64,000 nucleotides of DNA, taken from Nemertoderma westbladi (Eukaryota; Animalia; Xenacoelomorpha). The notes under the pieces are model-generated. The model made no database searches, had not been told where the DNA came from, and saw only the letters and a list, made by a program, of their open reading frames with translations. Each line of letters starts with the position of its first letter. Positions within the stretch are counted from its first letter, which is position 1. This document shows, piece by piece, positions 22,746 to 36,624 of the stretch. The stretch lies in assembly GCA_032718475.1 (NCBI GenBank), contig JAUCBJ010008128.1, positions 3,131-67,130 of the forward strand, written 5' to 3'. A program made the position numbers and the translations under genes.

Positions 22746-23910
22746 GCATCCACAGAGCAAGGATTGGAGGAGCACAGAGGATTGAATACCTTGACGTCGA
22801 TATACACCCGCTCAAAACGCCCACCCCACAGCCCACTCGCCGCAACGTTCAGACGGGCCTCTGGGTCTACCGTAGCAGATCTCAGGCGGAATGACTTGCC
22901 CTCGATCGGCTGGAGATGGGGTTCCACCTCGACGTCGTGTGCGACCTCGCTGAGGAGCTCGGCGAGGAAATCGCGGACCTCGTTGTGCCGCAGGATTGGG
23001 TAGGCTCCCATAGGGCAGTGAAGGGAGTGGGAGATGGTGAATACAGCACCGCAGGAGCAGTTGGCGGGCAGCCTCGGGGGCTCCCACCCAAATCGCAGAC
23101 ACAACGCATCCCGGAAAGCAGATTTGTGTAGGGAAAAGTTGTATCTGGAATTGGGTAGGGCCGAGAGCCATGCCGATGCTCCACGCTCCTTTGCCAGTGT
23201 CCGATAGTAGAGGGCGTCTCCAGACAGTTGAGCATCAACCGCCGCACATCGAGTCTTCACAACCTCATCCTGCTCCTTGCGGATCTCACGCAGGATGGTC
23301 TGCTGTGTTGTACGAGTGGCTGGGTCCGAACACCGTAGGGGCTCCCCCCCCCCCCCCCCCTCCCTCACAGGGAGTGCCAGCAGCTGTCGTTCCAAAAGGC
23401 CGGGTGGGTATCTACCAGTGAGTGTCGGGATGACTGTGCTGGAGAGCGTTTCCTCAACTCGATCCAAGTGACCGACTAACCCGGGTGTGGTGCGAGCCAA
23501 GAAGTTTACCTTTGGCTGTAAGCCACGGACCAGGCATCACGGACCAGGCATCCGTACGCGGGGTGGGGAGCAGTCACTGCGAAATCGTTGAGGTGTTCTA
23601 GTTGGCAACAGGTGGCGTCAACTCGCTTCTCCAGATACCCAGCACAGTAGGATGTGGACCCTATTACGGACCCCAGGACTCGATGACCATCGACCATTTC
23701 AACAGGGAGGCCAGAGAAAATCGCGTTGGCCTCTTCGCGCTTTGAGTTCTTTACAATAAGAAATGCCTTTGTGGGGTAATATAATATCCATAGCCAGGCC
23801 CGATGGTTGCCGCTTCCTCCCAATAGTCACGTAGCATTCCGAGGTTACCAGCAGCGCTGCCATCATCCGCATACCACTTGTGGATACCCGGAAAGGTCAT
23901 TGGATCCGAT
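22746..23910 (-). mobile_element. Degenerate CRE-clade-like non-LTR retrotransposon fragment (RT end + CCHC + restriction-like endonuclease)
   Basis: WYADDGSAAG; GHRVLGSVIG; GASAWLSALP; FRDALCLRFG; CSCG...HSLHC; RHNEVRD...EVEPHLQP...ARLNV...GLWGGRFERVYIDVKVFNP; several frameshifts. Confidence 0.8.
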
Positions 23911-24034
23911 GAAACCGCCTCTCGGACTGGGTAAACCCCTGGTTGGGTGGAGGAGACCGCCAGTTGTAGGGGGGAAGCCGCCGGTTGTGGTTGGAGGGGG
24001 GAACCTGCCAGTTGGAGGGGTGATAACTCGAAGG

Positions 24035-24880
24035 CGAGGAAATCCTGCCAAGTACCTAACTGATCTAGACTTTGCTGATGACTTAGGAGTACTCTCAGAA
24101 TCATTAGAGGGAGCCCAACGGCTCCTCAGCTCATTAGAACATGCTGCTTCTAGTGTTGGTCTTTTTATTAACTCCAGAAACACCAAAATTTTGACAGTTG
24201 ACTTTGAAAGTCCTCAGCAAGTCTCTGATCGGATGAGCATAAGCTCAAAGGATGGTATGCTTGAGCATGTGGACGACTTCTGTTACCTGGGATCATGGAT
24301 CCAGAAGTCAGGTGAGGACCTTCGAATACGTAAGGGAAAGGCATGGGCAGCCTTGAATAGGCTTTCCAGGATTTGGAAGTCACCGAAAATTAAGGTCCGA
24401 TTATTTAGAGCCGCAGTCGTTCCAGTACTCCTCTACGGGAGTCCATGCTGGGCTCTAACTGCTGAGGACACCAAATCTCTGGATGGAACATTCACAAGAA
24501 TGCTACGCCGGGTTCATTGTATCAAGTACAATGCACACATTTCCAACCAGACACTATATAACATTGGAGGTGTCTCATTGGTTCCCCCAAGCTTGACACT
24601 AGAACAAAATCGCCTCCGCTTTGCAGGACATTGCTTTCGCCGTGAGGACCAGCCAGTGCATAATCTTGTACTTTGGCAGCCTCATGGAGTGAATAAGCAT
24701 GGTGGACAGCCCATGACTTTCTTGAGACGCATCTTAAAGGACACTGGCCTTGAAGATGCGGATGATCTAGCAAATGTCATGGGTGATAGGGAGTTGTGGC
24801 GGTGCAATTTTGTTGACAAGCCGGCACAGCATTCTTAAAAATGCAGCTGCAATGCAGCATGCCGATCCTAGTAGTAGTAG
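24035..24880 (+). mobile_element. Second 5'-truncated copy of the same RTE LINE (ORF ends 24838; (TAG)n tail)
   Basis: Nearly identical to 12044-12895 reverse complement; small in-frame deletion (SPKIKVR vs SPRINRKLKVR); the ORF N-terminus 23807-24034 is unrelated read-through. Confidence 0.92.
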
Positions 24881-25388
24881 ATAATAGCACAGTCTGAATA
24901 TAATAGTATGCAACACAACCTTAGTGACGAAGGTCAAAAGTATTACGGTCTCACAACTGTAAGGAAATCAACTAAACTAATAATCAATAATCACAACGGT
25001 TATATCATTGACACATATTACATTAGCCCTACACTACAGGGTGGCCTTAATATCCAATAGATGCGCTCTTGTCCTCTTCCTGCCCACTATTGGCTTAACC
25101 TGATTAATTCTCACCTCGCCACTCCCTGTTGGCATTGTCCCATGGTGTTAAGATGATAGGAAAAGTAAATAAAGTATTGAGGGTCTTTAGCTGGTTATAT
25201 TCATTCATTCATTACCGGACTAAACGCCTCCGGCGGCTATAATTAAAATGGTAGGACTAATAGTAGTATATATATGTGCACCGTGTGCAGCAGGTAAAAA
25301 CTGGTCGAGCAATCTAAAATCAAAATAAAATATCATTGAGCTCATTATGCTGGGTACAGGGTGCGCAACGAGCCTATGATATATTAAT

Positions 25389-25919
25389 TCATACAACAAA
25401 CCAATCAAGGCAATTCATCCAGGATTTTGAATAAAAGGAGTTTAAAGCCAGTACCCTTGAAATCTCAATGTTTGATTTGGAGAGTTTCTCGAATAATTTG
25501 CAGTAGTCCACGGTGTCGAAAGCGGAGGACAGATCTAGGGAAAGCAGGTGTATGGAAGAACCGCCATAGTTGAAACGTTTTACTAAATTATCTGCCATAA
25601 GGTGAGGTATCTCTGTGTTGAGTTTGGGTTTGTAGGCAAATTGCAGGTCACTAGTTTCAAGTTTGTCTGTAAAGTCTCCTAGGACAATGATTTCCCATAA
25701 TTTGGTGAGAGTGTGTATGATGGAGATGCCTCTGTAGCTTCCACATAGTTGTTTATCTCTTGTTTCATTTTTTAGAAAAGGAAGCAGAATGCTGGTACAC
25801 ATCTTTTCTGGGAAGTCATTTGTTGTTAGAATGGTATTGAAAATATACGCAATGCATTCATATAATTCATCGGAGAGACTGTGTATTAGGTGTTCAGCTT
25901 TGAGATTGTCAATTGTCAA
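25389..25919 (-). pseudogene. LINE reverse transcriptase N-terminal fragment (clade unresolved)
   Basis: SYRGISIIHTLTKLWE, LQFAYK, LLSLDLSSAFDTVD. Confidence 0.85.
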
Positions 25920-26689
25920 ATGTTACTTTTTCTATCATCTTTATACTATGCTGCCGCTGGTGAATGCCTACCACTTCATTCGTTCGTTTAATATTCCGCG
26001 GAGGGCCGCTCAAGGTATGGCGAAAGTCTGTCGACTACAGGACTCTATTTCAAACCTTCCCCACCAAATCTACTATTTGAAAAGATGTAACTCCAACAAT
26101 ATCACACCTCGCTATATTACCAATAGAAGTTACCGACTTCAACTCGATTACCCCTCCATTGCCAGAGGCCTCATACACCGAATTATTAGACATGATATCA
26201 ACATCCTCTACGGAAAACTCTACAACCTCAAGAAACAATACGACGAAATCATAGATTACATATCCCCCACACTTAACACGATGAATATCTCCACAGATTT
26301 CAAAAGTCACCTCAAACTCATACGTAAATACCGACTCAACACCGCTCTCGAATTCTTTGATAGAAAATTCAACAAACTATTACCTAAACAAAAGATGATC
26401 ACGGAACTCACACCTCCATCTGAACTCGACAAAAAACTCCCACCACTTCAAAAACCTGCACGTAACTCTACAGTTGTCAACTACAGTCATCACGACCTCA
26501 ACGAGGATGAAACATCCCTACTAGAACTCGGTAAGAACTTTATTCCATCTCGAAACCCCCACCCAGAAGACAAACTACAAGCACATATTAATATTACTAG
26601 ATTCGCTACGGGATTACGAAAATTCTCTCGTATAAACACACACGGTACCACTCCTAAGAACATAACCCACTCTAAAACCACCTACCTAA

Positions 26690-27850
26690 GGACGAACAAC
26701 AACGACCAGGGGGCTTACAACAACAACCCAGGAGCGAACACCACTTTCTCCGAGACGAACACAAACCCAGGAGAGCACAATAACCCAGAGGCGAACAATA
26801 TTCCAGGGGCCAACACCCATCCACGTGAGGACACCAACCACCCAGTGGATAACACCAACAACCCAGGGACGGACACCAACCCATGGGCGAACACTAACCA
26901 CCCAGTGGTGGACACCAACCACCCAGGGGCGAACACCAACAACCCAGGGACAAACACCAACCCAGGGGCGAACACCAAACACACAGGGGCGAACACCAAC
27001 CAGTCTGAGGCGAACACCAGCAACCAAGGGACGAACACCAACCCAGGGGCTAACGACAACCACCCAGTGGTAAACACCAACAACCCAGGGGCGAACAACA
27101 ATCCAGGGGCGAACACCCATCAACTCGTAAACACCAACCACCCAGTGGAGAACACCAACAACTCAGGAACGAACACAAAACCGTGGGCCAACGCAAACCA
27201 CCCAGGGGAGAACACCCACCACCCAGGGGTGAACACCCAGAACCCATTGACAAATACCAACCAATGGGCGAACGCCAACCATCCAGGAACGAACATCAAA
27301 CCAGGGGGGAACGCCAACCACCCAGGGGTGAACACTAACAACCCAGAGGCGAACACCAACCCACCGACGTACACCAACAACCCAAGGGCAAACACCAACC
27401 ACCCAGGGGGGAACACCAAACCAGGGGGGAACGCCAACCACCCAGGGGTGAACGACAACAACCCAGGGGCAAACACCAACCACCCAGGTGCGAACACCAA
27501 ACAAGAGGGGAACGCCAACCGCCCAGGGGAAAATATCAACCATCCAGAGATGAACGCCAACCCATGGGTAAACGGGAAACAAGGAGCGAACACAAACCCA
27601 AGAAAAAACGCCAACTACCCAGGGGAAAACACCAACCCACGGGCGAACAACAACCCAGGGGCAAACACCAACCCATGGACAAACGCCAACAACACAGGGG
27701 CGGGAAACAACCCGGAAGTGAACACCAACTACTCAGGAACGATAACCAACGACCAAAACGGGAGCACCAACACCCCAGGGACGAAGACTAACAACATGGG
27801 AGCAACCACCAACAACCCAGGAGCACACACCAACTCAAAGGACGCCAACA
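26690..27850 (+). repeat. Degenerate 18/21-bp coding repeats (NTNHPGA-like) in the PLE-1 N-terminal region
   Basis: aacaccaac(c/a)acccagggg recurring, in frame. Confidence 0.92.
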
Positions 27851-28999
27851 ACAAACTAATCAGACAACTCAACAAATCTCTAAAAACACCCCCTCGAGCC
27901 CTACCTCCGAAAAGCGACGACGAAATAGTGGAAGCTCTCATCGCCGAACTACACCGTGACGTAGACCGAACACCCAATGTCTCCCCCAAAAATGTACCTC
28001 AGGCCAACCTTACGAAACAACAACGAACTGTCCTCAAATCACTCAAGTCCAACACTAACATTCGTATCTGTAGGGGCGATAAATCTGGTAACACTGTAAT
28101 CCTAGATACCAATGACTATAAAAATGAATGCTTACGTATTTTAAGAGACCCTAACACCTATACTACATTAACTAAAGACCCTACTAATAAATACAGAACA
28201 CAACTTGACGCACTACTACAAACCTGTAATATCGACACCAAACACACACTACACCCACTACTACTACCTAAACACCCTAAGATAGCGTACTTCTACTGCA
28301 CTATTAAAGACCACAAGGACAGGGAATCATGGATAAACTGGGGCGACGGTAGACTCTTACCTAAGGGCAGACCTATAGTTGCCACCATGGGCACCCTTCT
28401 ACACCCACTTTCCCGCTTTGCTAACGACCTTCTAGAACCCGCGGTCACTCGCCTTGAGTCTAACTTGAAAGGGACAGACGACTTCCTATCAGCCCTCCCT
28501 AGAGATATTGGACCCGACTGCACTCTGATTTCACTGGACGTCGTAGACATGTACACTAACATTACCCATGATGTAGGATGTAGGGCATTACGACAAGCAC
28601 TCTCCGAGGACACGCACTTCACACAACAAACACTCATCTCATTAGATAACTTTATACTACTCGTCCGATTTATACTTGAACATAACTACTTCACTTTTGA
28701 TAACACACTATACCTTCAATTACGAGGCGCAGCCATGGGTAGCAGTTTCTCGAAAAACTACGCTAGCCTAACCATATCTAGATTAGAGATACACTTCCTC
28801 CACATCCTGAACAACCCCATTAATAACTACCTAAACGCGAGTGTATCAAACAGACTCCCTAACCCAACTAACCTGGATACTAACACACCCGATCTGGATC
28901 TAACCACCCCTACCAACCCGAGCTCAACAACCACTGATCCCAACACTACTAACAAGACCAGATATAATCCTAGTATAACTCCCCTAAAATCTATCAAAA

Positions 29000-31900
29000 A
29001 CACCCCTGAAACTCACAGAACTACCATAACTACCCCCGTAACTAATACAACCACCCCTGAAACTAACATAACTACCCCCAAAACTACCCTAACTATCCAT
29101 GAAACTAACATAACTACTCCTGATATTAACATAACTACCCCTGAAACAACCATAAGTACCAACGAAACTAACGGAACTAACATAACTACCCCTGATACTA
29201 ACGAAACTAACATAACTACCCCTGAAACTACCATAAGTACCAACGAAACTAACGAAACTAACATAACTACCCCTGATACTAACGAAACTAACATAACTAC
29301 CCCTGAAACTAACATAACTACCCCTGGAACTAACATAACTACCCCTGGAACTAACAGAACTACCCCTGGAACTAACATAACGACCCCTGGAACTAACATA
29401 ACTACCCCTGGAACTAACAGAACTACCCCTGGAACTAACATAACTACCCCTGGAACTAACATAACTACCCCTGAAACTAACGAAACTAACATAAATACCC
29501 CTGATACTAACGAAACTAACATAACTACCCCTGAAACTACCATAAGTACCCATGAAACTAACATAACTACCCCTGAAACTAACGAAACTAACATAACTAC
29601 CCCTGATACTAACGAAACTAACATAACTACTCCTGAAACTACCATAAGTACCAACGAAACTAACATAACTACCCCTGAAACTAACGTAACTAACATAACT
29701 ACCCCTGGAACTAACATAACTACCCCTGAAACTAACGAAACTAACATAACTACCCCTGAAACTACCATAAGTACCAACGAAACTAACATAACTACCCCTG
29801 GAACTAACATAACTACCCCTGGAACTAACATAACTACCCCTGAAACTAACGAAACTAACATAACTACCCCTGAAACTACCATAAGTACCCACGAAACTAA
29901 CATAACTACCCCTGAAACTACCATAAGTACCCATGAAACTAACATAACTACCCCTGAAACTAACGAAACTAACATAACTACCTCTGATACTAACTAAACT
30001 AACATAACTACCCCTGAAACTACCATAAGTACCCATGAAACTAACATAACTACCCCTGAAACTAACGAAACTAACATAACTACCCCTGATACTAACGAAA
30101 CTAACATAACTACTCCTGAAACTACCATAAGTACCAACGAAACTAACATAACTACCCCTGGAACTAACATAACTACCCCTGTAACTAACATAACTACCCC
30201 TGGAACTAACGAAACTAACATAACTACCCCTGAAACTACCATAAGTACCAACAAAACTAACATAACTACCCCTGAAACTAACATAAGTACCCATGGTACT
30301 AACATAACTACCCCTGGAACTAACAGAACTACCCCTGGAACTAACAAAACTAACATAACTACTCCTGAAACTACCATAAGTACCAACGAAACTAACATAA
30401 CTACCCATGAAACTAACATAACTAACATAACTACCCCTGATACTAACGAAACTAACATAACTACTCCTGAAACTACCATAAGTACCAACGAAACTAATAT
30501 AACTACCCCTGGAACTAACATAACTACCCCTGGAACTAACATAACTACCCCTGGAACTAACGAAACTAACATAACTACCCCTGAAACTACCATAAGTACC
30601 AACGAAACTAACATAACTACTCCTGATACTAACAAAACTAACATAACTACTCCTGAAACTACCATAAGTACCAACGAAACTAACATAACTACCCCTGGAA
30701 CTAACATAACTACCCCTGGAACTAACATAACTACCCCTGGAACTAACGAAACTAACATAACTACCCCTGAAACTACCATAAGTACCAACGAAACTAACAT
30801 AACTACTCCTGAAACTACCATAAGTACCAACGAAACTAACATAACTACCCATGAAACTAACATAACTACCCCTGAAACTAACGAAACTAACATAACTACC
30901 CCTGAAACTACCATAAGTACCAACGAAACTAACATAACTACTCCTGAAACTACCATAAGTACCCATGAAACTAACATAACTACCCCTGAAACTAACGAAA
31001 CTAACATAACTACCCCTGATACTAACGAAACTAACATAACTACTCCTGAAACTACCATAAGTACCAACGAAACTAACATAACTACCCCTGGAACTAACAT
31101 AACTACCCCTGGAACTAACGAAACTAACATAACTACCCCTGAAACTACCATAAGTACCAACGAAACTAACATAACTACCCCTGAAACTAACATAAGTACC
31201 CATGGTACTAACATAACTACCCCTGGAACTAACAGAACTACCCCTGGAACTAACAAAACTAACATAACTACTCCTGAAACTACCATAAGTACCAACGAAA
31301 CTAACATAACTACCCATGAAACTAACATAACTACCCCTGAAACTAACGAAACTAACATAACTACCCCTGAAACTACCATAAGTACCAACGAAACTAACAT
31401 AACTACCCATGAAACTAACATAACTACCCATGAAACTAACGAAACTACCATAAGTACCCCTGAAACTAACATAACTACCCCTGGAACTAACATAACTACC
31501 CCTGGAACTAACAGAACTACCCCTGGAACTAACAAAACTACCCCTGAAACTACCATAAGTACCCATGATACTAACATAACTACCCCTGAAACTAAAGAAA
31601 CTAACATAACTACCCCTGGAACTAACAGAACTACCCCTGAAACTACCATAAGTACCCATGAAACTAACATAACTATCCCTGAAACTACCATAAGTACCCA
31701 TGAAACTAACATAACTAACTACCCCTGAAACTACCATAAGTACCCATGAAACTAACATAACTACCCCTGAAACAAACGAAACTAACATAACTACCCCTGA
31801 AACTACCATAAGTACCCATGAAACTAACATAACTACCCCTGATACTAACGAAACTAACATAACTACCCCTGAAACTACCATAAAGTACCCATGAAACTAA

Positions 31901-32085
31901 CATAACTACCCCTGATACTAACGAAACTAACATAACTACCCCTGACACTACCATAACTACCCATGAAACTAACATAACTACCCCTGAAACTACCATAAGT
32001 ACCCATGGTACTAACATAAATACCCCTGAAACTAACAAAACTAACATAACTACCACTGGAACTAATATAACTACCCCGGAACCTA
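29000..32085 (+). repeat. ~3.1-kb compound minisatellite of 21-bp and 9-bp units (NITTPET/NITTPGT/TISTNET/NET) inside the PLE-1 RT
   Basis: aacataactacccctgaaact and variants; unit lengths are multiples of 3. Confidence 0.97.
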
Positions 32086-33677
32086 CCCCTTCCACCCCAG
32101 TCTGTAATAATATAACTACCTCAGTCACCTATAAAACCAAACTAGCACCAAACACTACACCTAACCCCGTTTTCTCAGATCCAATAATAACGACCCCAAT
32201 ATCTAACCTTACACCTCCAGATTCCAACATCAATATTACAGAAACTATCCTATCTATCTCAGATCCTAATATAACCATAACTAACGAAACTACCTCAACC
32301 TCGGATCCAAACATAACCCCCCCAGACGATAATACAACTTACCCTATTCCATTCTACAAACGGTTTGTTGACGACAGCTATGGTATAGTACAACGTATAT
32401 TAAGTGAACAGGACATTCACAACATACAGAAAATCACTAACTCCTCTTGTAACGACTTATTCCAAAACTCTCATATACAATTCACCATTGAATACTCCCA
32501 CACATCACTCCCATTCCTTGACGTCCTGACACAGATTAACAACGAAACACTAACAACTACATTATACAAAAAACCAACTAGCAATAAACTCCCGATTCAC
32601 TACAATAGCTTCCATGATAAGAAATTACTACTATCCGTAATTCGTAGCCAACTCCTACGCATCCACCGCAGATGTAGCGAGCCTAACGACTATACCAAAC
32701 TCAGAGACGAATTCCTTGGCGAATGTCTACTCAGGCAGTACCCCCAGAACCTCCTTAACAAACTTAAACATTGGACTCCCCAAACTAGACCTAAAGACAC
32801 TAACTCGAAACCCACATTTTACCTAGGCACCAACAGATGATGGGAATGTTCCAAAATACTGTACGTAGATACTCCAAAAACTACGATCTTGACATCAACA
32901 TTAATGTAGTCACGAAGAATCCCATATCACTAGGACAAATACTAACCAAAAATAAAACTCAATCGCAAACACACATAAATAACACCACTAATGAGCCATG
33001 TAACTCTAGCCGCTGCCTTACATGCAAAACTATCACTAACATACAACAGACACCATGGGGTGAAAAGATAAAAGGACACTATACATGTAAGTCCCACACT
33101 GTATGTTACTTGGCCTGGTGCCACTGCCACCCTACTCTATACTACATAGGCCAAACGAGACAGAAACTTCACGAACGCTTTAATGGACACCACAACAACA
33201 TACGACACTACCCCTCACGAGCCAATGACGGAAAAACACATGAAGACATACTCCTAGCTAGGCACATATACGGATGTGGTGTAGAAAATCTACGCGCCGC
33301 AACCATAAAACAATTCACAAACATACCCGAACTACTAGCGACGGAAGCTAACCTAATCTATACATACAACCCCCCACTTAACGTAGCAAGACCAGCAATC
33401 TAAACCCAATGTTTTATATAATACACCCTATATTCTATATCTTACACAACTACAGTGCCCTCTATAGCGAATTTCCGGGGTTTTTATGTGCTTTTCCCCT
33501 ATGTGTGTGTTATTAGTTGAGGTTGTGGCACACCAAGAGCTGTTCGTGATTGCTGATTGGCTGCTGGCTGAATGAAAGCCCAGGCAGGAAATTGTTATGG
33601 CCTGATGTATATGGATTGGGTCTTGGTGAAGTATATTAATATTTCATCTATGTGTAGCACATAGACAGATAGAGTAT

Positions 33678-34085
33678 TGTGGGGCGAGCCACGAAGTTGG
33701 CGGAGCCTTAGCGAATTGACACTGTTAGGGGGTGGGTCAATTTATGCAAATAGTTGTCGTCGTCACGTTGGCCCTCTAGCGGCAGACTGGAGAACTGCAG
33801 ATGGATTCGCCTCCTTTGAAAGTCACAGCTAATGGTCTAATACATATCTGCCAAGTTTCAGCTTAAACGGATTAAAAGCAAAGAAATGGGAGGGCATTTA
33901 ATGTTTAGACATGTGGTCCTCTAGCGGGAGACCATTGCACTGATGGTGTCTGAAAGTCTCTCAAAAATCTAAACTTTTGCTCATATTGATACCTACAAAT
34001 TTTCAACTTGGCAGCTTTAAATCCGACAAAGTTATTAGCATGTCAAAATCGTAACGACGACGACGACGACAACGACGACGACGAC

Positions 34086-34135
<50 letters not shown>

Positions 34136-34235
34136 CGACGACGACGACGACGACGACAACTATTTGCATAAATTGACCCACCCCCTAACAGTGTCAATTC
34201 GCTAAGGCTCCGCCAACTTCGTGGCTCGCCCCACA
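33678..34235. mobile_element. Non-autonomous foldback element with ~87-bp perfect inverted ends and a (GAC)n microsatellite (Helentron-associated/HINE-like or MITE)
   Basis: tgtggggcgagccacgaagttggcggagcc...gtcgtcgtc at 33678-33764 and its reverse complement at 34149-34235; no clear TSD. Confidence 0.8.
34054..34159 (+). repeat. (GAC)n microsatellite
   Basis: Direct inspection. Confidence 0.97.
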
Positions 34236-34391
34236 GGCCTAAGTAGACACAATTTTTAATAATATTACATTGTGATTATAATACTAACTACAGTAATATA
34301 CAAACTCAAAATAATTCCCAATAGTATCCCCCCCCCCCCTTTTTTTCACCCCCCCCCCCCCCTTTTTATCACCCCCCCCCCCCAATAAAAC

Positions 34392-35825
34392 CTAAATTAG
34401 TGATAGTTGAAAGCTACATTCGCGATTGTTTAGTGTCGGGCTTAATTTTCTGATGAATAGTGCCTCTTTAATGCGTAGATAGTATTTGGTTTGAGCTGTT
34501 CCTATAATCTTGAAGTTGTCTAAACTAAAGGTGTGCCCCGTTTCCCCCCAGTGGTTAAATACGGCTGAGTTCCTCGGAGGATTAAACTGTTTTCGCACTA
34601 ATGACCTGCCTGTGTGTTCACACACGCAAACCGCCAATTGTCTTTCGGTTTCACCGAAATAGGAAGCAGTACAACTTCCACAGGTAAATTTATAGATGAC
34701 ATTGGAACGTATGTGCGATGGAAGGCGGTCTTTATACGAAAACATGTCTGATATTCTACGTGTAGGTTTAAGTATAACGTTAAGATCTATGTGCGGAAAG
34801 GCTGAGCGGAATAGTTTGGAAATTCGAGATTTCAGTTGTAGGGCGTGTTTGCCAGTGTAGGGAAGTACAAAAACAATTTCACGTTTCTTAACCGTTGCCA
34901 TGGTAGACTTAGCACTATGGTAGCGTTCTAGAACGTGCTTAGTGGATTTGTTTAGAAGCGAGATGGGATAGCCATTCTTAGTTAGGATTGTGAATAGTTT
35001 ATTTAAATCCGTATTGAACAGTATAAACGAAGAGCTAATCATTAGTGCGCGGTATATCAGTGTGAAAGCAAGGCCAATCTTATATTTCATAGGAATAAAA
35101 CTGTCAAACTTTGTGTATAGGCCGGTGAAGGTGGGCTTATGATATATTGAGGTGGAAAATGAGTTATTTTGGAGACGCGTGATTTGGACATCCAGGAATG
35201 ATAATTTACCATTACTTTCAGTTTCGCATGTGAATTTTATATTAGGGTGTTTTGAGTTAAGATAAGTCAAGAATTCTAGACAGTTGGATTGTGTTTTGAA
35301 AAGAAGGAAAGTATCATCAACATACCGTCGGTACAGTAGGGGTTTAAAGGAGCCAGGGCATTCCTTTAACCACTGTTTCTCGTGATATGCCAGGAAAGCG
35401 TTAGCAAATGACGGCCCTAGTGGACTCCCCATTGCAACGCCATCCAATTGTGAGTATAACTGTCCGTTAAAAACAAAGTTATTGTCCTTAACAGACAATT
35501 CAAGTAATTTCCTAACTGTAACGGCGTTAATTCCATTAATATCGGTTGTATCCTTAAACAATTCCTCTACTATAATATCTATTGTCTCAGAGAGGGGGAC
35601 ATTTGTGAAAAGCGAGGTGACATCAAAACTAGCCATGAACAGTTTGGTATCTGGGTGGATTTCGGATATTTCCTTAACAAATGTAAATGTGTCCTTCACT
35701 GTGTAATCATTCTCAGTAATGCCTGTCATCAGTGGTACTAGGTACTTAGCTAAATTGTAGGCTGGAGTATGAATAGATGAAATAATAGGCCTCATTGGAA
35801 TATTATCTTTATGTACTTTAGGGGG
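34392..35825 (-). mobile_element. 5'-truncated Penelope-like element 2 (Penelope/Poseidon type), open RT-GIY-YIG ORF 34392-35795
   Basis: PKVHKDNIPMRPIIS, SFDVTSLFTNVP, GVAMGSPLGP, YRRYVDD, SFLDV, VIYKFTCGSCTASYFGETER, KEALFI. Confidence 0.92.
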
Positions 35826-36016
35826 ACTTTAGTTGAAACGTTGGTTTATGTCTGTATGTCTTATTACAGTATTATGTATTATGTATTTGTTATTGTTTAA
35901 TTTAATATTAATTTGATTTGAAATGAAGTGGAAAATTATTTCTTTGGCGATATCGTTCATTATTCTATTAAGATTTCCCTCATCAAAAACTGTTTCCGAT
36001 TGTATCTTTATCTAAT

Positions 36017-36546
<530 letters not shown>

Positions 36547-36624
36547 CCTACTAAAGCCATTTTCGTCACAGTAGCTATTCACTAATACTGTAGGCTACAA
36601 ATTAATAATTATTATGTTAATATT

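Larger units (their letters stand above)
25948..33403 (+). pseudogene. PLE-1 ORF: stop at 29995, frameshifts at ~31715, ~31882 and ~32835
   Basis: Likely ATG at 25948. The +4 and +1 indels account exactly for the frame change between GAAMG and FVDD. EN part is in ORF 32837-33403. Confidence 0.8.
25920..33450 (+). mobile_element. Penelope-like element 1 (Neptune-type), RT + Cys linker + GIY-YIG, inflated by coding minisatellites
   Basis: LLELGKNFIP, GDKSGNTVILD, GRPIVAT, SLDVVDMYTNI, GAAMGSSFS, FYKRFVDD (32352), PFLDV, LYKKPT, PCNSSRCLTC, CYLAWC..YYIGQT. Boundaries approximate. Confidence 0.88.

Noticed and set aside
23807-24034. N-terminal part of the 343-aa RT ORF
   Set aside because: Read-through from antisense CRE and GC-rich linker sequence; RTE identity starts at 24035.
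25789-25947. Called start of the 1402-aa ORF
   Set aside because: Overlaps the antisense LINE RT fragment; the plausible PLE start is ATG 25948.
29013-32314. Long minus-strand ORFs (320, 930, 572 aa) as membrane or structural proteins
   Set aside because: They are antisense readings of a 21/9-bp repeat lacking stops; the sense frame links to RT motifs on both sides.
29995-32840. Selenocysteine/readthrough recoding in PLE-1
   Set aside because: The internal stop is TAA within a repeat unit, and the TGA at 32838 coincides with a frame change; both are better explained as lesions or errors.
34003-34205. Poly-Arg / poly-Asp ORFs
   Set aside because: Translations of the (GAC)n microsatellite.
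33400-36000. Hammerhead ribozymes or pseudo-LTRs expected with Penelope-like elements
   Set aside because: No convincing CTGANGA...GAAA core with stems and no repeated pLTR found by eye; a covariance-model search would be needed to exclude them.
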